Part shown: positions 25,856 through 36,688 of the stretch, in pieces | Position numbering within the stretch: position 1 is the stretch's first letter | Layout of the letters: each line of letters starts with the position of its first letter | NCBI GenBank assembly: GCA_020720805.1 | Contig: DYNZ01000006.1 | Coordinates: 22,632-85,858 of the forward strand | Direction of reading: 5' to 3' | Source: Leptospira biflexa | GTDB taxonomy: Bacteria; Spirochaetota; DYNZ01 | Length of the DNA: 63,227 nt | Translations under genes and position numbers: made by a program | The notes under the pieces: model-generated | What the model was told of the DNA's origin: nothing | Database searches by the model: none | What the model saw: only the letters and a program-made list of their open reading frames with translations

Positions 25856-27862
25856 TTGACGAACTGGGGAAGCACAGCTAACTTAAGATATATGGAGCTA
25901 ACAGAAAAAAAATACTATATCTATTATACACCCGTTTGCTTTTTACCAAGCCTGATCCCTTTTACTACAGAATTCCAGTACCAACTGGTGGAATTGAATT
26001 CGGATAATTTTGAAACCTGTCTTGGCAAATCGGACGACTTTATCGCCTTATACCTTATTGATGAAATTTTTTTCCAGACGCACCAATTAAAATTAGAGGA
26101 GATATTCCGCTACAGAGATACTCCGTTTCAGGGAATCCTCTATTTTTATAAAGATGAATTTCGCCCATCAAACTTTCGCTACAGCGATAATATACTGCAA
26201 AGCTTTCCCCTTCCGTTGACGGAAAAAAAGGGGGGGGTCTTTCTTCAGGTTCTGAAAAAAAGCATGCAGATCATGGAAGGAGAGTTTGACGCTCTTGTTA
26301 CACAGCGACAGCTTCTCCAAAGATCGCATCAGCTCAATGAGGTTGCCAAAATCGGAATTGCTCTCTCTACGGAACGAAACCACGATAAACTTCTTGCGCT
26401 CATTTTGAATAAAGCCAAGGATTTATCAACCTCTGACTCAGGTTCACTCTATCTGGTGGAAAAAAGTCCTAAAAGTAAAAGCAAGCGGCTCCGTTTCAAG
26501 CTCTCTTCGATGAACCTGAATGCCACTGAATTTACAATTCCCATTGACCAGAACAGTATTGCTGGCTATGTCGCCTTAACAGGAAAGATTGTAAACCTGG
26601 CGGACGCTTATTATCCACCGCAGGATTCCGGTTTCAAAATAAATAAAAGCTTTGATCAGGAGACTGGCTACCGCACCAAATCCATGATCGTTGTTCCCAT
26701 GAAAAACCAGAAAGATGAGGTGATCGGCGTCCTGCAATTGATCAACCGAAAGCCAAGCCGTTCTCTTCGCCTGGAAAACCCTGAACAAATAGAAAGAGTT
26801 GTCATCCCTTTTGATGATATCTCCATCGAGCTTGTCACAAGTCTTGCAGGCCAGGCCGCTGTCTCTATTGAAAATAATATTTTATACCAGGATATCCACA
26901 ACCTGTTCGAGGGATTTGTAACCGCAGCGGTAACAGCCATCGAATCCCGGGACCCTACCACGTCAGGACACTCGTCACGAGTCGCTACATTAACCGTAGG
27001 ATTAGCCGAAACCCTTGATAAAATTAAAAGTGGCCCCTATGCAAAAACCTCATTTACTAGCGATCAAATCCGGGAAATTCGCTATGCTAGTTTGCTGCAT
27101 GACTTTGGCAAAGTCGGCGTTAGAGAAAAGGTTCTGGTAAAGGCCAAAAAACTCTATCCTTATGATTTGCAAACTATTGATGAGAGGTTTGCCTTTATCA
27201 AAAGGACCCTGCAATATGAATTCAGTCAAAAAAAACTTGATTACCTGTTAGCAAAAAACCGTCAGGCGACTTTGGAAGAGCTTGGATTCTTTGATCGCGA
27301 GCTAGAAGCCGCCATGAAGGAGATGGATGATTATCTTAAGCTTATCCTCGAAGCGAATGAGCCAACAGTGCTTGAGTCTGGCTCCTTCGAAAAAATTCTT
27401 TCAATCGCGAAAATGACATATCTCGATATCAATCAAACACCTCGGCATCTTCTTCTTGACCCGGAAACAACCGTGTTATCGATCCGAAAAGGCTCTCTGA
27501 GCCAGGACGAGCGATTGGAGATTGAATCCCATGTGACCCATACCTTCAAATTTTTATCGCAAATACCATGGACCTCAGAGCTGCGCCAGATACCGGAAAT
27601 TGCCTATGCGCACCATGAAAAACTGGACGGATCCGGATATCCAAATGGCCTGCAAAGTCAGCAGATTCCGACCCAATCCAAAATCATGACCATAACCGAT
27701 ATTTTTGACGCCCTTACCTCCCGCGACCGTCCCTACAAGCGCGCAGTTCCTTTCGACAAAGCGCTCGACATCCTCAGCTACGAAGTCAAAGATCAACTTG
27801 TTGACAAAGATCTTTTTCAAATCTTTGTTGACGCTAAAATCTTTGACCTGGTAAGAAGCTAA
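25856..27862 (+). CDS. HD-GYP c-di-GMP phosphodiesterase with GAF domain and divergent N-terminal domain (668 aa)
   Basis: HD...HDFGK...HHEKLDGSGYPNGL. GAF-like central region. Contains an in-frame A7G8 homopolymer (26223-26237). Confidence 0.8.
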   Translation: MTNWGSTANLRYMELTEKKYYIYYTPVCFLPSLIPFTTEFQYQLVELNSDNFETCLGKSDDFIALYLIDEIFFQTHQLKLEEIFRYRDTPFQGILYFYKDEFRPSNFRYSDNILQSFPLPLTEKKGGVFLQVLKKSMQIMEGEFDALVTQRQLLQRSHQLNEVAKIGIALSTERNHDKLLALILNKAKDLSTSDSGSLYLVEKSPKSKSKRLRFKLSSMNLNATEFTIPIDQNSIAGYVALTGKIVNLADAYYPPQDSGFKINKSFDQETGYRTKSMIVVPMKNQKDEVIGVLQLINRKPSRSLRLENPEQIERVVIPFDDISIELVTSLAGQAAVSIENNILYQDIHNLFEGFVTAAVTAIESRDPTTSGHSSRVATLTVGLAETLDKIKSGPYAKTSFTSDQIREIRYASLLHDFGKVGVREKVLVKAKKLYPYDLQTIDERFAFIKRTLQYEFSQKKLDYLLAKNRQATLEELGFFDRELEAAMKEMDDYLKLILEANEPTVLESGSFEKILSIAKMTYLDINQTPRHLLLDPETTVLSIRKGSLSQDERLEIESHVTHTFKFLSQIPWTSELRQIPEIAYAHHEKLDGSGYPNGLQSQQIPTQSKIMTITDIFDALTSRDRPYKRAVPFDKALDILSYEVKDQLVDKDLFQIFVDAKIFDLVRS

Positions 27863-27953
27863 TTAAGTTTGACCGTTTGTTGCTTGACGTATTCCCCTTG
27901 CCCCCAAAAATAGGAATAAGATTACTATCAGACCCCTCGGAATCGCAAACATT

Positions 27954-30425
27954 ATGACCAAAAAAAAAGATACCAAATCCACGGAGACAACCCCAGCTCT
28001 CTTCGAAGGAAAAATTGAACTTATCATGATCGAAGAGGAGATGCGCAACGCATACCTCGATTATGCAATGAGCGTTATTATAGGTAGAGCTCTTCCAGAT
28101 GTTCGTGATGGTTTAAAACCTGTGCACAGACGTGTTCTCCATGCCATGAACCTGCGTGCCTGGCGCTCGGATCGGCCTTATGTTAAATCAGCCAAAATTG
28201 TCGGAGAGGTTATTGGTAACTTTCATCCCCATGGCGATACTGCAGTTTATGATACTCTTGTTAGGATGGCTCAGGACTTTTCTCTACGCATTCCTCTTGT
28301 GGATGGCCAGGGAAACTTTGGTTCTGTGGACGGAGATCGGGCAGCCGCCTACCGTTATACGGAAGCAAGGCTTACGAGGGTCGCCGAGGAGATGCTGCGC
28401 GACATAGACAAGGAGACGGTAAAATTTGTCGGTAATTTTGACGACACCAGGACAGAGCCGGTGGTGCTACCGGCAGCATTCCCTAATTTACTTGTAAATG
28501 GCTCATCTGGCATCGCTGTGGGCATGGCCACCAATATTCCACCCCATAATCTCGGTGAAGTTATTGACGCTGTCAATCTGTTGATTGAAAATCCAGAGGC
28601 CACAGTTAAGGATATCATGAAAAAAATTCCCAGCCCGGATTTTCCAACGGGAGGGGTCATCGTTGGCAAGGATAGCCTAAAGGCGGCATACGAGACAGGA
28701 CGCGGTTCTCTCACCATTCGCGCTACCTATGAAATCGAAGAGATCAAACGAGAGAAGCGCGCAATTATCATAAGCGAAATTCCTTACCAGGTAAACAAGG
28801 CTAACCTGATTACAAAAATTGCAGAGCTGGTACGGAATAAGCAGGTAGAAGGCATCTCAGATCTGCGCGACGAATCAGATCGTTCCGGTATGCGCATCGT
28901 AATCGAACTAAAAAAAGATGCTAACGATCAAATCATCCTCAATACCCTGTTCAAACATACCCAGATGCAGATTTCATACAATATCATCCTGCTGGCTCTG
29001 GTCAATTCGCAACCCAAGGTTATGAGCATCAAAGAGATCCTCCAGCACTACATTGCTCACCGCTATGAAGTAGTTGTGCGCCGCACACAGTATGACCTAC
29101 GCAAGGCTGAGGAACGGGAACATATTCTGCTTGGATTAAAGATTGCCCTCGACAATATTGATGAAGTGATCAAAATTATTCGCTCATCCAAAACAGTTGA
29201 CGAAGCTAGACAACGCCTGATGCAAACTTTTTCTCTCAGCGAAATACAGGCTACAGCTATTCTGGAAATGCGCCTGCAAAAACTGACAAGCCTCGAAGTT
29301 CAGAAAATTATAGAGGAGCTGGAACAGATCAGGAAATTGATCGCGCAACTCAAGGAAATTTTGGGCAGTGATAGCAAAATTTATGGCATTATCTCATCTG
29401 AGCTGGTGGAAGTAAAGAAACACTTTGCCAATAAAAGAAGAACTGCCATTGACATCGCAGAATCAACCTCTTTTGACGTTGAAGATCTCATTGCCGATGA
29501 AGATATGGTAGTTTCGATCAGCAATGATGGTTTTATTCGCAGATTGCCTGTTGAAATCTATAAAAAGCAGAACCGGGGCGGAAAAGGGGTACTCGGAGCC
29601 AGCACGAAACGGGATGACTTCATCAACCTTTTGACTGTTGCCTCAATGCACGACAACCTGATGCTTTTTTCCAATAAAGGAAAAACCTTTGTTCTAAAAA
29701 CGTATGAGATTCCTCTGGCGACAAAAACCTCTCGCGGAAAATCCTTACGGGGGATTCTAAATCTGACCCAGGATGAATTTATAACAGCGATTACCTGGTT
29801 TGACGACTTCGTGGAAAATTACTATATTTGCATGGTCACAAAAACCGGCATCCTAAAAAAGAGTGACATTGCAGATTTTCAAAATGCAAAAAAAGGCGGT
29901 ATCATTGCCATCAATCTGAAAAAAAATGATGAATTGATCGACGCGCGTATTATAAGTAAAGATGCCGATGTAGTCATCGCCTCTTCCGAAGGTAATCTGC
30001 TGCGAACCAATCTCTCCAAAATGCGCTCTCAGGGCAGACAGGCTGCCGGAATCATCGGAATGCGTCTGGAAGAGAGTGACGCGATCATCGGCATGGAAGT
30101 GATTGCTGATGGTCATGAACTTTTTATCATCTCTGAAAAAGGATATGGCAAAAGGATGAAATTCTCCCTGTTCACCAACAAGGGACGGGGAGGCAAAGGC
30201 ATGACATTTGTCAAAATCACCGATAAAAACGGAAAGGCCTTTGCCATTCGCGCGGTTCGTCCCGAGGACGATATCGTCATTGTTACCCAGAAAGGTCAAT
30301 CCATACGCATCGCCGCCGAAGCTGTGAGTTCTCTGGGCAGATCGACGATGGGGGTAAAAATCCTCACGCTGCAGGATGATGACAGCATTGGAAATCTGGC
30401 AGTTGTTCCAGACCAAAAACTATAA
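27954..30425 (+). CDS. gyrA: DNA gyrase subunit A (823 aa)
   Basis: YAMSVIIGRALPDVRDGLKPVHRRVL, active-site region and GyrA-box QNRGGKG in the C-terminal domain. Confidence 0.8.
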   Translation: MTKKKDTKSTETTPALFEGKIELIMIEEEMRNAYLDYAMSVIIGRALPDVRDGLKPVHRRVLHAMNLRAWRSDRPYVKSAKIVGEVIGNFHPHGDTAVYDTLVRMAQDFSLRIPLVDGQGNFGSVDGDRAAAYRYTEARLTRVAEEMLRDIDKETVKFVGNFDDTRTEPVVLPAAFPNLLVNGSSGIAVGMATNIPPHNLGEVIDAVNLLIENPEATVKDIMKKIPSPDFPTGGVIVGKDSLKAAYETGRGSLTIRATYEIEEIKREKRAIIISEIPYQVNKANLITKIAELVRNKQVEGISDLRDESDRSGMRIVIELKKDANDQIILNTLFKHTQMQISYNIILLALVNSQPKVMSIKEILQHYIAHRYEVVVRRTQYDLRKAEEREHILLGLKIALDNIDEVIKIIRSSKTVDEARQRLMQTFSLSEIQATAILEMRLQKLTSLEVQKIIEELEQIRKLIAQLKEILGSDSKIYGIISSELVEVKKHFANKRRTAIDIAESTSFDVEDLIADEDMVVSISNDGFIRRLPVEIYKKQNRGGKGVLGASTKRDDFINLLTVASMHDNLMLFSNKGKTFVLKTYEIPLATKTSRGKSLRGILNLTQDEFITAITWFDDFVENYYICMVTKTGILKKSDIADFQNAKKGGIIAINLKKNDELIDARIISKDADVVIASSEGNLLRTNLSKMRSQGRQAAGIIGMRLEESDAIIGMEVIADGHELFIISEKGYGKRMKFSLFTNKGRGGKGMTFVKITDKNGKAFAIRAVRPEDDIVIVTQKGQSIRIAAEAVSSLGRSTMGVKILTLQDDDSIGNLAVVPDQKL

Positions 30426-30518
30426 GTTGGCAAAAACATGACTTCATATCCGATGAGTTTGGTTCGATAATAATAACAAGACCCAGCAGGGACTAGAATC
30501 GAATGAGATCGGGTTTTC

Positions 30519-32210
30519 ATGAAGTATATCCAGTCCAATTATAACTTAACTCTTGAGCATCCAGTGCAAAAACTGGAGGATCATTCCATTCTTCTACTGG
30601 ATCCAAAAAATGTCGTCAGAAGAGGCTCCCCTGTTGCCGCAGTTGTAGAAGATCCGCCCGTGGCAGACGGGTCTATCCTTCCTTACCAGACCTTTTACCA
30701 TGATGATAATATTGAATTCGACGAAGAGAGCCGCACCTGGAAAAGCCGGAGTTACGGTTTTCTCTATGTCCCGAACGGAAATCGCCTCAGTCTGATGGTA
30801 CCCGTATTAACCAATCCGCAAAAAACCAAGGCATATCTCTATCTCTATCCAATCCAGCATATCCCCCCATCCATCGAAGAAATCCGTACAGTGGCTTACC
30901 AGTTAGGGATAAAGCAGTTACTTAGCAACGAAGAGATCTTGGCTCAGATAGATAAAAGCGACTGGCCCCAGGCGGAACGGGAAAAAAAACCAGTCCGCAT
31001 ACAATTTGCCCAGGGGATAGAATCACAAGATGGATGGAAGAAATACTACATTCTGAAAGTAGATGCACAGATTAAGAGCGGCCAGCTAAACGATGATGGC
31101 AGCATTGACTTTAAGGAAAGAAATTTTATAACGGAAGCCAAAAAGGGAACTCCTATTTTTGAGGAAATACCAGAGCGCCAGGTTGTCAATGGAATCGATA
31201 TCTTCAGCAAGATAATCAAGGGAAGACTCTTAAAGCATAAGGAATATAAAATTGGAAAAAATATTATTCCAAGCCAGGACAATCCCCTTCTCCATATCGC
31301 TTCTATTGACGGCAGAATTTTCTTTCATAATCCTTACGTGGATGTCAATGAGACGGTGTACATCCCATCAGACGTCGATTACTCTACCGGTAATATCGAA
31401 TTCCAAGGAAGTCTCGAAATCAAAGGAAGCGTCCTGGCTGGTTTCAAGGTTTCCGGAGGCGCAGACATTCTTATCCATGAAAATATTGACGAAGGAAATG
31501 TTGAATGCAAGGGATCGCTAGCGGTTCAGGGCGGGATTAACGGCAGCGAAAAATCCATAGTGCGGGTTGAAGGCGATATTAGCGCAAAATATATCCAAAA
31601 TGCCAGGATTCTCTGTGAAGGCAATGTAGTTGTAGAAGACGCTATTATCAATTCCGATATCTTTTGCCGCGGGAAGATAACAGTTAGCTCCGATAAAGGC
31701 GGGAAAATTATTGGCGGAAAGGTAATCGGGAAACTGGGAATAACAGCTAACATTGTTGGAAACACACTCGGTAACGATACATTTCTCGGAGCGCGTATGG
31801 ATCCCGATATTTTTGAAAAATACAGCTTCCACATGAAACGCCTCAAAGAGCTTCTGGAGGATAAAAAAGCGATTACAGAAGAGATCTTCCACTCCTTTGG
31901 AGCTGATTTCATGAAAGATCCCAAAAAAATCCTGGCGACACTGCCAACTCCCCGAAAAAAACAGGTTTTAACCCTGCTGAACGATCTACAACAGATAAAC
32001 CAGCAGATTCGAACAAACCAGCAGGGAGCAGAAGATCTTAAGGAGATTTTAAAAACACCATCCGACGTAAAAATCGAGATTCGCAAAGAGCTCTTTCCCC
32101 CGACGAAAATCCAGCTCAAGGGTTCAATTCTTGCTGTTGATAAAAAAACAAACAGAGTCAAATATTATATACCAGAAAACGAAGGCGAAATCAAAGCATT
32201 TTATCTATGA
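30519..32210 (+). CDS. DUF342/FapA-like beta-helical protein (563 aa)
   Basis: C-terminal region of repeated G-x-hydrophobic beta-helix-like turns (IEFQGSLEIKGSVLAGFKVSGGADILI...VEGDISAKYI...). Overlaps the next gene by 4 nt. Confidence 0.4.
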   Translation: MKYIQSNYNLTLEHPVQKLEDHSILLLDPKNVVRRGSPVAAVVEDPPVADGSILPYQTFYHDDNIEFDEESRTWKSRSYGFLYVPNGNRLSLMVPVLTNPQKTKAYLYLYPIQHIPPSIEEIRTVAYQLGIKQLLSNEEILAQIDKSDWPQAEREKKPVRIQFAQGIESQDGWKKYYILKVDAQIKSGQLNDDGSIDFKERNFITEAKKGTPIFEEIPERQVVNGIDIFSKIIKGRLLKHKEYKIGKNIIPSQDNPLLHIASIDGRIFFHNPYVDVNETVYIPSDVDYSTGNIEFQGSLEIKGSVLAGFKVSGGADILIHENIDEGNVECKGSLAVQGGINGSEKSIVRVEGDISAKYIQNARILCEGNVVVEDAIINSDIFCRGKITVSSDKGGKIIGGKVIGKLGITANIVGNTLGNDTFLGARMDPDIFEKYSFHMKRLKELLEDKKAITEEIFHSFGADFMKDPKKILATLPTPRKKQVLTLLNDLQQINQQIRTNQQGAEDLKEILKTPSDVKIEIRKELFPPTKIQLKGSILAVDKKTNRVKYYIPENEGEIKAFYL

Positions 32211-32881
32211 AACAAATGGAAACCGGCAACTCAAAAAAAAAAATATTTCCATATCAGGCATGGGTTTTTGATCTGGATGGAACCATCCTTGATTCTGCGA
32301 ATGATATAGCCCGAGCAGTCAACATTGTGCGGCAGCAGCACCATCTACCCATCCTGCCATTACGCGTAATTCAGGAGCATATTGGACGGGGTGTCCGTTA
32401 CTTGATGGAAAAGTCAATACCTGAATGCACTGTCGACGTTCTCATACTTATCGAAGAATTCAAAGAGGCCTATTCTGCGCACCTGGTGGAAGAGACAACG
32501 GTCTATCCAGGAGCCATGGAGCTGTTGCATCTACTCAAAAAACGTAAGAAACAAATTTTCCTGCTATCGAACAAACCAGAGTTGTTCTGTAGAAAGCTGT
32601 TAGCACATTTTGAAATCGATACCCTTTTCACTGAAATATTCGGCGGTGATACATTTGCGCAGCGCAAACCAGAACCGGATGGTCTTCTCCATATTATGAA
32701 CCAGCACAAATTCAAGGCAGAAGATATCGTGATGGTTGGAGACACACATATGGATGGACAGGCAGCGGAAAAAGCCGGGACCCACTTTTTACTTGTCCAT
32801 AACCCTGACATAGCGCAGCTCTATCCAACATCGTTTGAAACGATATATGATCTCTTTACCGCTGCAGAATCTATGGAATAA
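32207..32881 (+). CDS. HAD-superfamily phosphatase (Gph-like; 224 aa)
   Basis: Motif I VFDLDGTILDS, motif III LSNKP, motif IV GDTHMDGQAA. Confidence 0.7.
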   Translation: MKQMETGNSKKKIFPYQAWVFDLDGTILDSANDIARAVNIVRQQHHLPILPLRVIQEHIGRGVRYLMEKSIPECTVDVLILIEEFKEAYSAHLVEETTVYPGAMELLHLLKKRKKQIFLLSNKPELFCRKLLAHFEIDTLFTEIFGGDTFAQRKPEPDGLLHIMNQHKFKAEDIVMVGDTHMDGQAAEKAGTHFLLVHNPDIAQLYPTSFETIYDLFTAAESME

Positions 32882-32901
32882 CCTATAGTAAACTCTTCCG
32901 G

Positions 32902-33312
32902 TTAATGTCCAGGCTGGCAGATCTCTGTCAGTACCCCATTGCTGCTCTTCGGATGAACAAAGGCAATCTTCGTACCATGAGCACCGTCGCGCGGCACTTC
33001 ATCGATTAGCCGCGCCCCTTGTGCTTTTAATTGGGCTAAGGCCGCACTAACATCATGAACCTCGTAGGCTATATGGTGAATCCCCGGGCCATTTTTTTCC
33101 AAAAATTTTGCCACAGGTGATTCCGGTGAGGTTGGTTCGAGAAGCTCTATCTTAGACTCTCCAATAGCAAGCATAGCGACTTTCACCTTTTGATCCGCCA
33201 CCACCTCCGTGCCTAGATATTGCATACCCAGAGCATCCCGATAAAAAGGTAATGTGGCCTCCAGTGATTGCACAGCCACTCCAATATGGTTGATTTTTTC
33301 CAGCATCTGCAT
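32902..33312 (-). CDS. Methylmalonyl-CoA epimerase (VOC/glyoxalase fold; 136 aa)
   Basis: INHIGVAV...YRDALGM...GIHHIAYEV pattern. Context with MCM and MeaB. Confidence 0.7.
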   Translation of the reverse strand: MQMLEKINHIGVAVQSLEATLPFYRDALGMQYLGTEVVADQKVKVAMLAIGESKIELLEPTSPESPVAKFLEKNGPGIHHIAYEVHDVSAALAQLKAQGARLIDEVPRDGAHGTKIAFVHPKSSNGVLTEICQPGH

Positions 33313-33336
33313 TCCTTTTCTAAACCGAAACGAACT

Positions 33337-33436
33337 CGGATGCGATACACACGCTACGCGGCATCGCTTCCTTTATGATTTTTCAATTTGGTAGCGATAC
33401 AAAGACGCATCGCTTCCTTTATGATTTTTTAATTCA
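33337..33436. repeat. Family F hairpin units (about 2.5 copies, reverse orientation) between epimerase and meaB
   Basis: gcatcgcttcctttatgattttt...ggtagcgatac is the reverse complement of the 43-bp unit at 15918-16003. Confidence 0.6.
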
Positions 33437-33441
33437 AAGAA

Positions 33442-34446
33442 TTAGTGGTCATGCTTCTGGGAAAGCTCCAACTCCCGGTCGCGAAATGCCTCAAGAAGCT
33501 GTCGGGCAGCAACAACCGGCGAGGTGTGCCCCGCTTCCACTGTCGATTCGAGCATCGGAAAAATCTCTTTCACATGCCTGTTTTCCAGGAACATACTCTT
33601 CAGATCCTCCAGCAGCAGCGACCACATCCAATCCACAGCCTGACGTCTGCGTGTATCAGCAAATTCTCCACTTGCTTGCATCGTATCGCGAAACCTCTCG
33701 ATCTCCTTCCAGATAGCGTCAAGCCCCTCATTACGTAGGGCGCTAGCTGTCATAACAGGAACCATCCAATTTTTACTACGAGGCCGCAATATATGCAGGG
33801 CATTTTCATATTGCCCTTTAGCAAGATCGGTTTTTGCTTTATCGATATCCGCTTTATTGATAATAACAGCGTCTGCCAGTTCCATCACCCCTTTTTTTAT
33901 CCCCTGCAATTCGTCGCCAGCGGTGGCCAATTGCAACAGCATAAAAAAATCGACCATAGATGCGACAGTGGTTTCCGATTGCCCTACGCCAACAGTCTCG
34001 ACAATGATAATATCATAACCGGCCGCCTCGCAGAGATACATTGTCTCACGGGTACGTCTTGCAATACCACCTAACGTATCTCCTGCCGGCGATGGCCGAA
34101 TAAAGGCTTTAGGGTCGCGTGCCAGCTCCTCCATCCTCGTTTTATCTCCCAGAATACTGCCACCGCTAATCTGGGAAGAGGGATCGACAGCAAGCACCGC
34201 AACCTTATGACCAAGCCCTGTCAGATAGGTTCCAAAGGCCTCGATAAAGGTGCTTTTACCAACTCCGGGAACGCCGGTTATTCCGATTCGAAAGGAATTG
34301 CCGGTGTATGGAAGCAGCTCATCCAGCAGCGCGGACGCTTGAACTGCGTGCTCTGCGCGCCGGCTTTCAATCAAAGTAATTCCTTTGCCCAGAGCCCGGA
34401 TGTTTCCCTCACGAATCTGCGCAGCAAGGGTTCCCTTCAACTCCAT
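33442..34446 (-). CDS. meaB: Methylmalonyl-CoA mutase-associated GTPase MeaB/ArgK (334 aa)
   Basis: GITGVPGVGKSTFIEAFG P-loop and LAVDPSS motif. Adjacent to MCM. Confidence 0.85.
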   Translation of the reverse strand: MELKGTLAAQIREGNIRALGKGITLIESRRAEHAVQASALLDELLPYTGNSFRIGITGVPGVGKSTFIEAFGTYLTGLGHKVAVLAVDPSSQISGGSILGDKTRMEELARDPKAFIRPSPAGDTLGGIARRTRETMYLCEAAGYDIIIVETVGVGQSETTVASMVDFFMLLQLATAGDELQGIKKGVMELADAVIINKADIDKAKTDLAKGQYENALHILRPRSKNWMVPVMTASALRNEGLDAIWKEIERFRDTMQASGEFADTRRRQAVDWMWSLLLEDLKSMFLENRHVKEIFPMLESTVEAGHTSPVVAARQLLEAFRDRELELSQKHDH

Positions 34447-34449
34447 AAC

Positions 34450-36603
34450 TTATTTCTTTGCGGATTTGCGCTCCAGGATTGCTTGCAGAGTCTCCCGCGC
34501 GGAAGCGGTGATCGGCGTACCTGGTCCAAAAATCCTTGCTGCCCCGGCAGCAAAAAGAGCATCATAATCTTGACGCGGAATGACTCCGCCGCAAACAACA
34601 CAAATATCATCAGAGCCAAGTTTCTTCAATTCACTGATCAATTGAGGAACCAGGGTTTTATGCCCTGCAGCCAAACTGGAAACGCCGATCACATGGACGT
34701 CGTTTTCCACCGCAACCTTAGCCGTCTCCTCTGGTGTTTGAAACAGAGGACCCATATCGACATCAAATCCTGCATCAGCGTAAGCTGTGGCAACAACCTT
34801 CGCTCCGCGGTCATGACCATCCTGGCCCATTTTCGCGATAAGTATACGCGGACGGCGTCCCTCCTCCGCGACAAAAGCATTAATTTCATTTTGAAGATCA
34901 GCAAAATCCTTGCTTTCTTCAAAAACTTTTCCATATACACCATGAACCAACCGGATCTCTGCTTTATGACGTCCGAAAACTTTTTCCATAGCGTCGGAAA
35001 TCTCGCCGACGGTAGCGCGCTTGCGAGCGGCAGACACGCACACCTCCAACAAATTACCCTCGCCGCTGGAGGCAACTTTGGTAATTGCATCCAGGGCTGC
35101 CTGGCATTCAGCCTCATTCCGTTCTTTACGCAGTTTCTGCAAACGCTTGATTTGAGCCTCACGTACTGCCGTATTATCAATATCAAGAACCTCGATAGGG
35201 GTTTCCTTTGCCAATTTGTACTTATTTACGCCAACAATGACATCCGCGCCGATATCGATGCGTGCCTGCTTGCGGGCTGCTGACTCTTCGATTTTTAACT
35301 TTGGCATACCGGATTCTATTGCCTTGGTCATTCCGCCCAAAGAGTTAACTTCCGCGATCAACTCGCGCGCCTGTTGTATCAACGAGTGTGTCAGACTTTC
35401 TATATAGTAAGAGCCGCCCAAAGGATCCACTACCTTTGTGATGCCGCTCTCTTCCTGAATGACCAATTGTGTATTGCGCGCGATTCGGGCGGAGTGATCC
35501 GTGGGCAGTGCAATAGCTTCGTCTAACGCATTTGTATGGAGAGACTGTGTCCCCCCTAAAACCGCGGCCATTGCCTCGATGGTGGTACGAATCACGTTAT
35601 TGTAAGGATCCTGCTCTGTTAAGCTCCAACCAGATGTCTGGCAGTGAGTTCGCAGAGCCAGGGACATAGGATTTTTCGGTTGAAATGGCGCCATTAGTTC
35701 AGCCCATAAAAACCGGGCCGCGCGCAATTTGGCAATCTCCATAAAAAAATTCATGCCAATGGCAAAGAAAAAGGATAACCGAGGGGCAAAATCATCCACT
35801 TTGAGCCCTTTAGCAAGAGCAGCCTTAACATATTCAATGCCATCCGCTAGGGTAAAAGCCAGCTCCTGCACGTTATTGGCGCCAGCCTCCTGGATATGAT
35901 AGCCGCTAATGGAGATTGAATTAAATTTTGGCATATATTTACTGGTGTACTCAATGATATCCGCGATGATGAGCATCGATGGCGCAGGTGGATAGATATA
36001 AGTATTGCGCACCATAAACTCTTTCAGGATATCATTTTGAATCGTTCCGGAGAGTTTACTTAGGGGAACCCCCTGCTCTTCGGCTGCGACAATGTACAGA
36101 GCCATAATGGGGAGCACAGCTCCGTTCATCGTCATGGAAACGGAGACATCCGCCAGTGGTATCTCATGAAAAAGGATCTCCATATCCAAGATGGAATCAA
36201 TGGCAACGCCAGCCTTACCCACATCGCCAACCACGCGCGGGTGATCCGAGTCGTAACCGCGGTGTGTGGCCAGGTCAAAAGCTACAGATAGCCCCTGCTG
36301 ACCAGCGGCCAGATTACGTTTATAAAAAGCGTTGGACTCCTCCGCTGTGGAAAAGCCGGCATACTGTCTAACAGTCCAAGGGCGACCAGCGTACATGGTC
36401 GCCTTTGGTCCGCGCAGATAGGGCGGAAAGCCAGGCAGGGTGTTGATATTTTCCAGTTTTTCCAGGTCTTCCAGGGTATAAAGTGGCTTTACCTGAATAC
36501 CTTCGGGCGTATCCCAAAGTAATGAAGAGCTATCTTTTTTCTTAATCTCTTCAGCTGATAAAGCTTCCCAGTTCTGAAGACTCTTTTTTTCAAAGGAACT
36601 CAT
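34450..36603 (-). CDS. Methylmalonyl-CoA mutase, fused catalytic + B12-binding domains (717 aa)
   Basis: TIM-barrel MCM region followed by a C-terminal B12-binding domain ([14 protein letters not shown], DxHxxG-type). Confidence 0.85.
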   Translation of the reverse strand: MSSFEKKSLQNWEALSAEEIKKKDSSSLLWDTPEGIQVKPLYTLEDLEKLENINTLPGFPPYLRGPKATMYAGRPWTVRQYAGFSTAEESNAFYKRNLAAGQQGLSVAFDLATHRGYDSDHPRVVGDVGKAGVAIDSILDMEILFHEIPLADVSVSMTMNGAVLPIMALYIVAAEEQGVPLSKLSGTIQNDILKEFMVRNTYIYPPAPSMLIIADIIEYTSKYMPKFNSISISGYHIQEAGANNVQELAFTLADGIEYVKAALAKGLKVDDFAPRLSFFFAIGMNFFMEIAKLRAARFLWAELMAPFQPKNPMSLALRTHCQTSGWSLTEQDPYNNVIRTTIEAMAAVLGGTQSLHTNALDEAIALPTDHSARIARNTQLVIQEESGITKVVDPLGGSYYIESLTHSLIQQARELIAEVNSLGGMTKAIESGMPKLKIEESAARKQARIDIGADVIVGVNKYKLAKETPIEVLDIDNTAVREAQIKRLQKLRKERNEAECQAALDAITKVASSGEGNLLEVCVSAARKRATVGEISDAMEKVFGRHKAEIRLVHGVYGKVFEESKDFADLQNEINAFVAEEGRRPRILIAKMGQDGHDRGAKVVATAYADAGFDVDMGPLFQTPEETAKVAVENDVHVIGVSSLAAGHKTLVPQLISELKKLGSDDICVVCGGVIPRQDYDALFAAGAARIFGPGTPITASARETLQAILERKSAKK

Positions 36604-36688
36604 TGATCTCTACATCCTTTTTTTGAAGATTTGTATTTCCCATTATGACAAAGCAGAGCCCGGCACAAACACCGGGCTCACCTAGTTG

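Noticed and set aside
27954-30425. Whether the type II topoisomerase A subunit is ParC rather than GyrA
   Set aside because: A GyrA-box-like QNRGGKG is present in the C-terminal domain, favouring GyrA. The absence of an adjacent gyrB is noted but not decisive.
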